From an uncultured Candidatus Rokubacteria bacterium (GTDB lineage: Bacteria; Methylomirabilota; Methylomirabilia; Rokubacteriales; DASRDR01): DNA of 64,000 nt. The translations under genes were made by a program, and so were the position numbers. Each line of letters opens with the position of its first letter. The stretch's first letter is position 1. Shown here in pieces: positions 40,701-50,219 of this stretch. Location: positions 64,001-128,000 of the forward strand of contig CAWDVE010000014.1 in the NCBI GenBank assembly GCA_963805625.1, read 5' to 3'. The notes beneath the pieces are model-generated. The model ran no database searches. It saw only the letters and a list, made by a program, of their open reading frames with translations, and was not told the origin of the DNA.

Positions 40701-42001
40701 GCAGCAAAGGCCGCGTGCTCGAGGGCGTCCTCCACCGGCTCGAGGCCGAAGGCTGCGATCAATCCCGTCGGGCTGAGCTCGTCCACGACCCCCCCGAAGC
40801 TCCGGACCTTGTCGACGATGACCTCCATGGCCCGGCTGAGATCGGACGACCTCGGTTCCCCTCCGGAGGACAGGAGCCGCGCCCGCAGGAAGGTCACGCG
40901 ACGCGGCTCCCAGCGGACGCCCGACGGCGCAGGACTCTCGGGGGGCGCGGAGGCCAGCGCGGGCTCTGGAGCTTCGGCCGGCGCGGCCGTGGCGCCGAGC
41001 CCTGGGTCGCGCGGAGCCGGGCTGCCGGAGCTGAGCCCGTACTTCTCCATGCGGTAGCGCAGGGTGTTCCGGGGGACCCCCAGCTGGGCGGCCGCCTGCG
41101 AGATGTTCCACTTGACCGCGCGGAGCACGGTGAGGAGACGACCCCGTTCCGCCTCCGTGTCCGTCTCCTTCGCCGCGCGCCGCTCCTCGGCGGCGCCTGG
41201 CCCCATCGCGACAAGGCCGCGGGGTGACCGCAACCCGAGAATCCCCGGAGTCACGGCGGTCCCCTCCGCAAGCAGCGCCACCCGTTCCATCACGTTGCCC
41301 AGCTCCCGCACATTCCCGGGCCACGGGTAGCCACGCAGGGTAGCCCGGGCCTCTCCGGTCAGGGTCTTGAGCGGCAGCCCGTAGTCCTCACAGGCGCGCC
41401 TGAGAAAGTGCTCGGCCAGGCGGAGGATGTCTTCGTCCCGCTCCCGGAGCGGTGGCAGCCTGAGCGTGACGACGGCCAGCCGGTGGTAGAGGTCCTGGCG
41501 GAAGCGCCGAGCGCGGACGGCCGCCTCCAGGTCCTCGCTTGTCGCGGCCACGAGCCACACGTCCACCGCCTCGCTCCGCGTGCTCCCCAGCCGCCGCACG
41601 GTCTGCTCCTCCAGCACCTTCAGGAGCTTCGCCTGTAGGCCCTCCGGTAGGAGCCCTATCTCGTCGAGGAACAGCGTCCCCCGGTGTGCCGCCTGGAAGA
41701 GCCCCGCCTTGGCGTGCCGGGCGTCCGTGAACGCCCCCCGCTCGAACCCGAACAGCTCCGCCTCGAGGAGCGTCTCGGGGATGGCGGCGCAGTTGAGGTC
41801 GACGAACGGGCCCGCGGCCCGAGGGCCGGCCCGGTGAATCGCCCCCGCGAGCAGGCCCTTGCCGGTCCCGGTCTCCCCGAGGACGAGGATCGGCGGCAGG
41901 CGCCGCGCGCCCCCGGCCTGTCGCTGGAGGAGACGCCCTACCTGCTCCCGGACCGCCACGATGCCGGGGCTCTCACCAAACAGCTCGGCGAGGGGTGCCA
42001 C
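37730..42001 (-). CDS. Giant sigma54-dependent activator: AAA+ / Fis HTH / degenerate cyclase-like / STAND-type ATPase / TPR (frameshifts near 38772, 38362, 37939)
   Basis: GETGTGKG, GAFTDA, LFLDEIG, WPGNVREL, WNISQAAAQLGVPRNTLRYRM; second P-loop GEPGIGKS; EDLHWVD; GNPFFVEE. TPRs continue through three shifted frames. Confidence 0.85.
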
Positions 42002-42026
42002 GCCCCAATCCTATCGCGACCCTCCG

Positions 42027-42062
42027 GTGTCGAAAACTGCCGAATCGGGCAGGCTTCGACAC
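42027..42062. promoter_or_regulatory. Inverted repeat, candidate upstream activator sequence
   Basis: GTGTCGAA-N20-TTCGACAC with inner CTGCC/GGCAG; a third TTCGACAC lies at 42109-42116. Confidence 0.5.
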
Positions 42063-42116
42063 CTGCCACCACGTCAAACCGTCCGGCAAGTTCCTGATTT
42101 TCCCCACTTTCGACAC

Positions 42117-42131
42117 TGGCACCTCGGTTGC
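42117..42131 (+). promoter_or_regulatory. sigma54 -24/-12 promoter
   Basis: TGGCAC-CTCGG-TTGC matches the consensus and is divergent from the activator gene. Confidence 0.8.
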
Positions 42132-42193
42132 CCTCTGGGAGGGGCAACGACGGGGCCCCGGCAGACCTCAGCCGGGAGCGAAAGGAGCAAGCC

Positions 42194-42358
42194 ATGCACA
42201 ACGGGGAACGACGCGCCGACCGACTGCTGGGCTACCTCGGTCTACTCGTCATCGGTGCCCTGGGTTGGGCTGCCGACCACGTCCGCCTCGGGCCGACAGC
42301 GCCCGAGAGGACCGCCCACCCCCACATCACACACGCCTCAGGGAGGGCTCGCGCATGA
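42194..42358 (+). CDS. Small single-TM hypothetical protein (54 aa)
   Basis: AAAGGAG RBS; LLGYLGLLVIGALGW hydrophobic segment; stop overlaps the next ATG (ATGA). Confidence 0.5.
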   Translation: MHNGERRADRLLGYLGLLVIGALGWAADHVRLGPTAPERTAHPHITHASGRARA

Positions 42359-43680
42359 AGACCACACGCAAGGATCGGTTCACCTGGTACGTCGCCGCGG
42401 CCACGGTCGCCATCGCGCTCCTGTTGGCGCCGGCGGCCGTGTGGGCCGACGAGACCTGCCAGTCGCCGTACATGCCGAAGATCACGGGCGAGGAGGAGTA
42501 CGTCTACGTCTGGACCCTCGGGGTCGAGGGCCTGGGCGACGGTTCCGACAAGCTCGTGACCGTCGACGCGCGCAAGGGCTCGCCGACCCACGGTCAGGTG
42601 ATCCACACCGTCTCGGTCGGGGGGCGCCACGAGGCGCACCACGCCGACTTCACCGACGACCGACGCTTCCTCTGGGCGAGCGGGCTCGACACGAGCCAGA
42701 TCTTCATCTTCGACGTCCACACCGACCCGGCGAAGCCGCGCCTCGTCCGGACGATTGACGACTTCACCCAGGCCTCGGGCGGTGTCGTCGGCCCCCACGG
42801 CTTCTACGCGCTCCCTGGGCGGATGCTGATCGGCGGCCTGTCCAACGCCAAGGATCAGACGGGCCGCACGGGTCTTGTCGAGTACACGAACGAGGGGCGG
42901 TACATCACGACCCACTGGATGCCCACCGACGCCGAGCCGCGCGGCGCCGTCATCGAGAAGGTGGCCGACGGCTACGGGTACGACGCTCGGGTCCTCCCGC
43001 GGAAGAACGTCATGTTCACGACGTCGTTCACCGGCTGGTCGAACTACATGATGGACTTCGGCCAGATGGTGAAGGACGAGGCGGCCATGAAGCGCTTCGG
43101 CCAGACGGCGGCCGTCTGGAACTTCCACACGCGCCAGCCGAAGAAGGTCTTCCACGTGCCCGGCGCGCCGCTCGAGGTCCGGGTCGCGTGGGGCCCGACC
43201 CACAACTACGCCTTCACCACCACCGCCCTCACCTCCCAGATCTGGCTGATCCACGAGGACGAGCGGGGCGAGTGGCAGGCGAAGGCCGTCGGGGACATCG
43301 GCGACCCGAAACAGCTTCCGCTGCCGGTCGACATCAGCCTCTCGGCCGACGACCGGACCTTGTGGGTGGACTCGTTCATGGACGGCATGGTCCGCGCCTT
43401 CGACGTGTCCGACCCGTTCAAGCCGAAGCAGGTCTACGAGAAGAAGATCGGCCGCCAGCTCAACATGGTGTCCCAGAGCTGGGACGGCAAGCGTCTCTAC
43501 TTCACGAGCTCGCTCATCGCGCGCTGGGACAAGCAGGGCGCGGACAACGAGCAGTTCCTGAAGGCGTACACCTGGGACGGAACGGAGCTTCGCGACCGCT
43601 TCGCCCTCGACTTCACACAGCTCAAGCTCGGCCGCCCGCATGTGATGCGATTCGGGAGCGCGGCCCTCTACCGGAACTGA
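42355..43680 (+). CDS. mtoX: Methanethiol oxidase-like selenium-binding protein (SBP56 family), exported
   Basis: Signal peptide, then DETCQSPY..ITGEEEYVYVWTLG...DKLVT; HEAHH, GPH, FTGW, NMVSQSWDGKRLYFTSSL..WDK, PH.M. Confidence 0.85.
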   Translation: MKTTRKDRFTWYVAAATVAIALLLAPAAVWADETCQSPYMPKITGEEEYVYVWTLGVEGLGDGSDKLVTVDARKGSPTHGQVIHTVSVGGRHEAHHADFTDDRRFLWASGLDTSQIFIFDVHTDPAKPRLVRTIDDFTQASGGVVGPHGFYALPGRMLIGGLSNAKDQTGRTGLVEYTNEGRYITTHWMPTDAEPRGAVIEKVADGYGYDARVLPRKNVMFTTSFTGWSNYMMDFGQMVKDEAAMKRFGQTAAVWNFHTRQPKKVFHVPGAPLEVRVAWGPTHNYAFTTTALTSQIWLIHEDERGEWQAKAVGDIGDPKQLPLPVDISLSADDRTLWVDSFMDGMVRAFDVSDPFKPKQVYEKKIGRQLNMVSQSWDGKRLYFTSSLIARWDKQGADNEQFLKAYTWDGTELRDRFALDFTQLKLGRPHVMRFGSAALYRN

Positions 43681-43781
43681 ACGCACCGGATACCTACGCG
43701 CCGGCTCTCGGGGGAGGCGGGAACATCGCCCAGTCCCCCCGGGAGCCGGGCCGCCTGGGCTCGCATCGCAAGGGAGACACC

Positions 43782-44525
43782 ATGCACGCGACGAGGATCG
43801 CTCGACGGATAGTCCTCGCGGCCCTGGCCGCGGCCGTGGCCAGCGCGCCCGGCCCGGGCGCCTGGGCCCACCCCGGACACCCTCACGCGCAGTCGCCGGA
43901 GCCGGCGGCGGTCGAGGCCCCGGTCGGGCGTCGCGCCGAGTTCGACTTCGACGCCCCGACGCCCGGCACCTACCGGCTGCCGGTCATCAAGCCCGCGCCG
44001 GACGGACCGGTGCTCGACGCCCGCGGCGCCGAGCGCCGCCTGCACCAGCTCATGGCCGGCAAGGTCGTCGTCCTGAGCTTCGTCTACACGCAGTGCAGCG
44101 ACGCACGGGGCTGTCCTCTCGCGACCGCCGTGCTCTATCAGCTCCACCGGATGAGCGCGTCGGACCGGGCGCTCGCCGAGCACCTCAAGCTCATCACCCT
44201 GAGCTTCGATCCGGCCCACGACACCCCGGCGGTGATGGCGCGCTACGCCGGGCCGCGCGACTCGTGGGCCGCGCGAGCGAGCGAGTGGGACCGCCTGACC
44301 ACGGCGTCCGAGCGTACCCTCGCACCCATCCTCGCCGGCTACGGCCAGGTCATCAGCCGGCCCACCGCCAACCCGGCCGCGGGCCTGACCCACCGTCTGC
44401 GCGTCTACCTCATCGACCGCCAGCAGCGGATCCGGAACATCTACGGGCTCGACTTCCTCGATCCGCGCCTGCTGATCGCGGACGTCCGGACGCTGCTCCA
44501 GGAGGACCGCGAGGTCCGACGCTGA
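43782..44525 (+). CDS. SCO1/SenC copper chaperone family
   Basis: GKVVVLSFVYTQCSDARGCPLA, LSFDPAHDTP, H.LRVYLID. Confidence 0.88.
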   Translation: MHATRIARRIVLAALAAAVASAPGPGAWAHPGHPHAQSPEPAAVEAPVGRRAEFDFDAPTPGTYRLPVIKPAPDGPVLDARGAERRLHQLMAGKVVVLSFVYTQCSDARGCPLATAVLYQLHRMSASDRALAEHLKLITLSFDPAHDTPAVMARYAGPRDSWAARASEWDRLTTASERTLAPILAGYGQVISRPTANPAAGLTHRLRVYLIDRQQRIRNIYGLDFLDPRLLIADVRTLLQEDREVRR

Positions 44526-44726
44526 CGCCCGGCGCCCAGGACCGCGGGTCCCTCGCAGCCGCGCGCTCCCCGACTGCCGGGAGCGTTGCCATGTCCCGCC
44601 GTTGCGCGCTACACTCCATCCAACTCGCAGACGGCACCGGTGGCGCAGCCGCCGGCAGGAGCAGCCGAACGCTTCCTTGAACGACCTAGGCTGAGACCCA
44701 GGGATCCCGGGAAGGAGCGTCCGCTC

Positions 44727-44978
44727 ATGCCTCTCTACCTGGACGTCCACAACAAGATCGAGGGCCTCACCACCGACCTGGCGGCCGAGGCCCACAAGAA
44801 GGACCTCGCCGTCCAGGGCAAGTACGGGGTCAACTACATCCGATACTGGTACGACGAGGGCGCCGGCAAGGTGTTCTGTCTCTGCACGGCCCCCAGCAAG
44901 GAGGCAGCGGCGGCGGTGCACCGCGAGGCCCACGGTGCAATGGCCGACGAGATCATCGAGGTGAAGGAAGGCTCTTAG
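44727..44978 (+). CDS. DUF4242 / SCO4226-like nickel-binding protein
   Basis: MPLYLDVH...AEAHKKDL..Q...GV.Y..YW...GKVFCL..AP......VHREAHG; AAGGAG RBS. Confidence 0.88.
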   Translation: MPLYLDVHNKIEGLTTDLAAEAHKKDLAVQGKYGVNYIRYWYDEGAGKVFCLCTAPSKEAAAAVHREAHGAMADEIIEVKEGS

Positions 44979-45037
44979 GAGCGCCGTCGCTTGCAGGAGG
45001 GGCCGCCACCATCCGCCCGGGAGCACGAGGGACCGAC

Positions 45038-48000
45038 GTGAGTTGCCCTCAGTGCCGGCAGGACAACCCTCCTGGCGCCAAGTTCTGCAGCGGCTGCGGC
45101 GGGCGACTCGAGTCGGCTTGCCCGGGGTGCGGGCACGCCTACCTGCCGGGCAGCCGATTCTGCAACGAGTGCGGCAAGCCGCTTGCGACCTCGTCCGTGG
45201 CTGCGCCGGGGCTCGCGTCTCCTCAGAGCTACACGCCTCGCTATCTGGCGGAGAAGATCCTCACCTCCCGCCCGGCTCTCGAGGGCGAGCGGAAGCAGGT
45301 GACCGTGCTGTTCGCCGATATGAAAGGCTCGCTCGAGCTGCTCGCCGACCGCGACCCGGAGGACGCGCGCAAGCTCCTGGACCCCGTTCTCGAGCGCATG
45401 ATGGAGGCGGTGCACCGCTACGAGGGCACCGTCAACCAGGTCATGGGGGATGGCATCATGGCGCTCTTCGGCGCCCCCCTGGCGCACGAGGACCATGCCG
45501 TGCGCGCCTGCTACGCCGCGCTGGCCATGCAGCAGGCGATCCGCCGGTACACCGTCGAGATCCGGCGAGAGCACGGCATCGAGGTCCAGGTTCGCGTGGG
45601 CCTCAACTCCGGGGAGGTGGTCGTGCGGGCGATCGGGAGCGATCTCCGCATGGACTACTCAGCGGTGGGCCAGACCACGCATCTCGCCGCGCGCATGGAG
45701 CAGCTCGCGACACCGGGCTCGACGCGGCTGACCGCCGAGACGCTCCGGCTCGCCGAGGGGTTCGTCGAGGTCGTCCCGATCGGTCCCGTCCCGGTCAAGG
45801 GAATGGCGAGTCCAGTCGAGGTGTTCGAGCTGGCCGGACCGTCGGCGACGCGCACGCGGCTCCAGGCGGCGGCGGCGCGGGGGCTCACCCGGTTCGTCGG
45901 GCGCACCCAGGAGCTGGACCATCTCCGCCAGGCTCTCGAAAAGGCGCGCGGGGCTCAGGGACAAGTCGTCGCCGCGGTGGGCGAGCCCGGCGTGGGGAAA
46001 TCGCGTCTCCTCTGGGAGTTCATCCACTCGCACCGGACCCAGGGCTGGCTAGTGCTGGAATCGAGCTCCGTCTCCTACGGCAAGGCCAGCGCGTATTTGC
46101 CCGTCATCGACCTCTGCAAGAGCTACTTCCGGATCGAGCCGCGCGACGACGCCCGCAGTATCCGGGAGAAGGTGACGGGCAAGCTCCTGACGCTCGACGA
46201 GTCGCTGCGTGCCATGGTGCCGGGCTTCCTCTCCCTCCTGGACGTGCCGACCGACGACGCCTCGTGGGACGCTCTCGACCCCGGGCAGCGCCGGCGGCGG
46301 ACGATCGACGGCCTGCGGCGAATGCTCCTCCGCGAGAGCCAGGTCCAGCCGCTCTGCCTGGTCTTCGAGGATCTCCACTGGGTGGATGCCGAGACCCAGG
46401 GCCTCCTCGACTCGCTGGTCGAGAGCCTGCCGACGGCGCGGCTCCTCCTCCTGGTCAACTACCGGCCGGAGTACAGCCACGGCTGGGGGAGCAAGACCTA
46501 TTACAGCCAGCTCCGGCTCGATCCGCTGCCGGCCGAGAGCGCGGACGAGCTGCTCCGCGCGCTGCTCGGGGAGGACGAGGCGCTCGATCCGCTCAAGCGC
46601 CTGCTGGTAGAGCGGACGGAGGGTGTGCCCCTGTTCCTCGAGGAGAGCGTGCGGACGCTCGTGGAGACAGGCGCTCTGGACGGCGAGCGGGGCGGTTATC
46701 GCCTGGCGCGCCCCTTCGACACCATCCAGGTGCCGGCCACGGTGCAGGCCATCCTCGCCGCCCGGATCGATCGCCTCCCGCCGGAGGACAAGACCCTGCT
46801 CCAGACCGCGGCCGTCATCGGCAAGGACGTGCCGTTCGCGCTCTGGCAGGCCATCGCAGACACCCCCGAGGAGAACCTCCGCCAGTGTCTCGGACGCCTC
46901 CAGGCGGCCGAGTTCCTCTACGAGACCGCCCTCTTCCCCGAGCTGGAGTACACCTTCAAGCACGCGCTCACCCAGGAGGTGGCCTACGGCGGCCTGCTCC
47001 AGGAGCGGCGGCGCGCCCTGCATGCCGGGATCGTCCGGGCCTTCGAAACCTTGTACCCCGGGCGCGCGGGCGAGCGGTCGAGCTGGCTCACGCTTCACGC
47101 CTTCCGCGGCGAGGTCTGGGACCGCGCCGTGGCCTACCTGCAGGGGAGCGACCTGCCGACCCTGGACGGGTTCCAGAGCGGGCTCATCGGCGTCGACAAC
47201 CCGGGGGCGGCCTGGTGGATGGGAGACCACGAGCACGTCGTCAGGGCTGCCCAGCGAGAGCTGGGCGCAGTCCCGCTCATGACCTCCTCGTGGCGCATGC
47301 CCTTGACCGTCGCGATGAACCTCCGGCTCGGTCAGGCTCACCACTCCCTCGGCCAGTACTCGCGGGCGATGGACGCGCTCCGGAAGAACGTCGAACTGCT
47401 CGCGGGTGACCTCCTGCACGACCTCTGCTACATGGCCGGGCTGCCCTCCGTCTTCTCCCGGGCCTGGCTGGCGCTCTGTCTCGCCGAGCGAGGGGAGTTC
47501 GGTGAGGCCCTGGCCATCGGCCAGGAGGCGCTTCGGATCGCCGAGACCGGGGACCCCGGCTTCAGCCTCGTCGTCGGGTGCGCCGGCCTCGGGAACGTGT
47601 GCGTGGCCAAGGGGGACTTCGCGCGCGCCGTCGCCGTCCTGGAGCCCGGCCTGCCTCGCGAGCCGGGCGAGGTCATCGCCCGCGTGTGGCCTTTCGGCGC
47701 GTCCGCGCTGGGCGCCGCGTACACGCACCTCGGGCGCGCCGGCGAGGCGCTGCCGCTCCTCGAGGAGTCGATCGAACGGGCGGGGACCTTGAAGCTCAAG
47801 GCCAATCACTCGGTCCGGGTGGCTCGCCTCGCCGAGGCGTACCTCGGCGTCGGCCAGGCCGAGCGTGCGTTCTCGGTCGCCGCCCAGGCCCTCGACCTCG
47901 CCCAGGAGCACCGCGAGCGCGGCCACGAGGCGCATGTCCTCCGGCTCCTCGCCGCGATCGAGCTCGCGCGTGAGGCACCGGCCCTCGACCGGGCCGAGGA

Positions 48001-48190
48001 GGGCTACCGGAAGGCCCTCGCCCTCGCCGAGGCTCTCGGGATGCGGCCGCTCCAGGCGCACTGCCACCGTGGCCTCGGTCGTCTCTATCGGCGACGGGGC
48101 GATCTCGAGACCGGCTCCTCGGAGGTCGCGGTGGCGCGCGATCTCTTCCGCGCAATGGACATGACCTTCTGGCTCGACGAGACCGACTAA
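45038..48190 (+). CDS. Double zinc ribbon + class III cyclase + AAA ATPase + TPR protein
   Basis: CPQC..FCSGC..CPGC..FCNEC; GERKQVTVLFADMKGS, MGDGIMALFGAP; GEPGVGKS; FKHALTQEVAY; TPRs. Confidence 0.93.
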   Translation: MSCPQCRQDNPPGAKFCSGCGGRLESACPGCGHAYLPGSRFCNECGKPLATSSVAAPGLASPQSYTPRYLAEKILTSRPALEGERKQVTVLFADMKGSLELLADRDPEDARKLLDPVLERMMEAVHRYEGTVNQVMGDGIMALFGAPLAHEDHAVRACYAALAMQQAIRRYTVEIRREHGIEVQVRVGLNSGEVVVRAIGSDLRMDYSAVGQTTHLAARMEQLATPGSTRLTAETLRLAEGFVEVVPIGPVPVKGMASPVEVFELAGPSATRTRLQAAAARGLTRFVGRTQELDHLRQALEKARGAQGQVVAAVGEPGVGKSRLLWEFIHSHRTQGWLVLESSSVSYGKASAYLPVIDLCKSYFRIEPRDDARSIREKVTGKLLTLDESLRAMVPGFLSLLDVPTDDASWDALDPGQRRRRTIDGLRRMLLRESQVQPLCLVFEDLHWVDAETQGLLDSLVESLPTARLLLLVNYRPEYSHGWGSKTYYSQLRLDPLPAESADELLRALLGEDEALDPLKRLLVERTEGVPLFLEESVRTLVETGALDGERGGYRLARPFDTIQVPATVQAILAARIDRLPPEDKTLLQTAAVIGKDVPFALWQAIADTPEENLRQCLGRLQAAEFLYETALFPELEYTFKHALTQEVAYGGLLQERRRALHAGIVRAFETLYPGRAGERSSWLTLHAFRGEVWDRAVAYLQGSDLPTLDGFQSGLIGVDNPGAAWWMGDHEHVVRAAQRELGAVPLMTSSWRMPLTVAMNLRLGQAHHSLGQYSRAMDALRKNVELLAGDLLHDLCYMAGLPSVFSRAWLALCLAERGEFGEALAIGQEALRIAETGDPGFSLVVGCAGLGNVCVAKGDFARAVAVLEPGLPREPGEVIARVWPFGASALGAAYTHLGRAGEALPLLEESIERAGTLKLKANHSVRVARLAEAYLGVGQAERAFSVAAQALDLAQEHRERGHEAHVLRLLAAIELAREAPALDRAEEGYRKALALAEALGMRPLQAHCHRGLGRLYRRRGDLETGSSEVAVARDLFRAMDMTFWLDETD

Positions 48191-48207
48191 CTCAGGAGGC
48201 GACGATC

Positions 48208-49393
48208 ATGGCTCCAGCCACCACGTCCCCGATCCTGCCCGAGGCGATGCTCCAGCGCTTCCGCGACCGCGCGCCCGGCTACGACCGCGAGAACCGGTTC
48301 TTCCAGGAGGACTTCGACGAGCTACGCGGGGCCGGGTATCTCGCCATCGCCGTGCCGCGCGAGCTGGGAGGCAGGGGCCTGACCTTCGCGGAGTGCATGC
48401 GCGAGCAGCGCCGGCTCGCCCACTACGCGCACGCCACGGCGCTGGCCATGAACATGCACCTCTACTGGGTCGGAGTGGCCGCCGACCTCTGGCGCGCGGG
48501 CGACCGCTCCCTCGAGTGGATGCTGCGCGGGGCCGTGTCCGGCGAGGTCTTCGCGGCGGGCCATGCCGAGCGCGGCAACGACATGCCACTGTTCCTCTCC
48601 ACCACGAAGGCCGAGCGGGTCGCGGGCGGCTACCGCATTCACCGGCCACAAGTCCTTCGGAAGCCTGACGCCCGTCTGGACCTACCTGGGCCTGCATGCG
48701 ATGGACTCGAGCGATCCCGCGGCGCCGAAGATCGTGCACGCGTTCATGCCCCGGGCGACGGAGGGGTACTCGATCAAGGAGACCTGGGACGTCCTGGGGA
48801 TGCGGGCCACCGCCAGCCAGGACACCGTGCTCCAGGGGGCGTTCGTGCCCGACCGGTACATCGCCCGCGTGGTGCCCACCGGGTTCGCCGGCGCCGACCT
48901 CTTCATCCTGGCCATCTTCGCCTGGGCGCTGACCGGCTTCGCGAACGTCTACTACGGGCTGGCCCGGCACGTGCTCGACCTGACGGTCGACAACCTCAAG
49001 AGCAAGACGTCGATCGCCATCTCCCGCGGCTCGCTGATCCACCACCCCGAGGTCCAGCACGCCGTCGCCGACATGGTGATCGAGCTGGAGGGGATCGGGC
49101 CCCAGCTCGACCGGCTCGCCGACGACTGGACCCAGGGGGTGGACCACGGCGGCGCGTGGCCGGTGAAGATCGTGGCCACGAAGTACCGGACGGTGGAGGC
49201 CGCCTGGAAGGTGGTGGACACCGCCCTCGATCTCGCCGGCGGCTACGGCATCTTCGCGGCCTCCGGCATCGAGCGGCTGTTCCGGGACGCTCGGCTCAGC
49301 CGGATCCACCCGGCGAACTCCGCCCTGACCCACGAGGTCGTGGGCAAGCTAACCCTCGGGGTCGATCCGGACGCGCAGCCGCGCTGGGGCTGA
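48208..49393 (+). CDS. Acyl-CoA dehydrogenase-family flavoprotein (frameshift at about 48637)
   Basis: [47 protein letters not shown]. One extra A in TACCGC-A-TTCACC. Confidence 0.85.
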
Positions 49394-49564
49394 GAGCGGC
49401 CGGCGGCCGCGATCTGCCTGATCGAGCACGACACCGTCATCACGGCTCGACCAGGAGCGCCGCAGGATGACGCGAGATGGGCAGGCGCTCGCGAGATCGC
49501 CGCTCGCCCAAGTAGGCGCGGATCTCAGCTCGCCATCCTCACGCACTCGATGGCTTGGCGGACC

Positions 49565-49825
49565 CGGCGCGGCCAGAACGTCCGGCGTGAACGGCTTCTG
49601 GAGGACATCCGCGTCCGGCACGCCTCCATGGGCGGTGATCTCGTCGTAGCCGCTCATGTAGAGCACCTTCGTCTCGGGCCGGACCGCGGTGAGCTGCCGG
49701 GCCAATTCCCAGCCGTTGGACAGGTCAAGCCCGATGCCCTGGCCGGGATCCTTGGTCGTGAAGAAGGGCTCGAAGATGCGCGCCTGCGTTGCCTGATCCA
49801 TGCCCACGCCGGTGTCGCTCACCAG
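49565..49825 (-). pseudogene. Hybrid histidine kinase/receiver remnant with internal deletion
   Basis: VSDTGVGMD...[17 protein letters not shown] is joined directly to [21 protein letters not shown]...LQKPF. Confidence 0.8.
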
Positions 49826-49937
49826 GGCACCCCATTTCGATCTGACCCTGGCTCGGACGGGCATCAAAGCAAAGCCCCAACAACGGACCGCCCGTCGACT
49901 ACCCGCCTCTGCACCCCGCGTGGCACAATAGCGACCC

Positions 49938-50219
49938 ATGAGAGACTACTGGCTCAGCAAGCTCTTCTTCGATCTTCAGAGCTCCCCGCCGCTCGGCGCA
50001 CAGTATCGCGCCGAGCGGAAGACAGTTCTCGACCGCTATCCCCTGACGCCCGAGGTGCGCTCCGCGGTCGAGCGCGACGACGTTGCGTTTCTCGCGCCGC
50101 GGGTCAACGCCTACCTGCTCCGGTTCTATTTCGTCGTCACCGGCATGCCCGAGGCGGAGTTCCTGAGCAAGGTGAGGACCGCCGGGGCTCCCGGCGCGGC
50201 GACGGCTCGCCATGGCTGA
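49938..50219 (+). CDS. LigA-like small subunit of an extradiol dioxygenase
   Basis: Y.LSKLFFDL...YRAE...[10 protein letters not shown]....V..DDVAFL...VNAYLL; overlaps the LigB-like gene. Confidence 0.7.
   Translation: MRDYWLSKLFFDLQSSPPLGAQYRAERKTVLDRYPLTPEVRSAVERDDVAFLAPRVNAYLLRFYFVVTGMPEAEFLSKVRTAGAPGAATARHG

Noticed and set aside
41995-42354. ORF-track N-terminal extensions (41995 for mtoX; also 63265, 24690, 43188, 53178, 5546, 6613)
   Set aside because: They overlap promoters or neighbouring genes; internal starts with RBS or stop/start overlaps fit better.
42355-43680. Selenoprotein or selenium metabolism implied by the SBP56 name
   Set aside because: No in-frame TGA; motifs and the SCO neighbour fit methanethiol oxidase.
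44685-44705. TPP riboswitch (GGCTGAGA..CCC)
   Set aside because: Lacks the downstream AACCTGA...GGGA core, and the gene is unrelated to thiamine.
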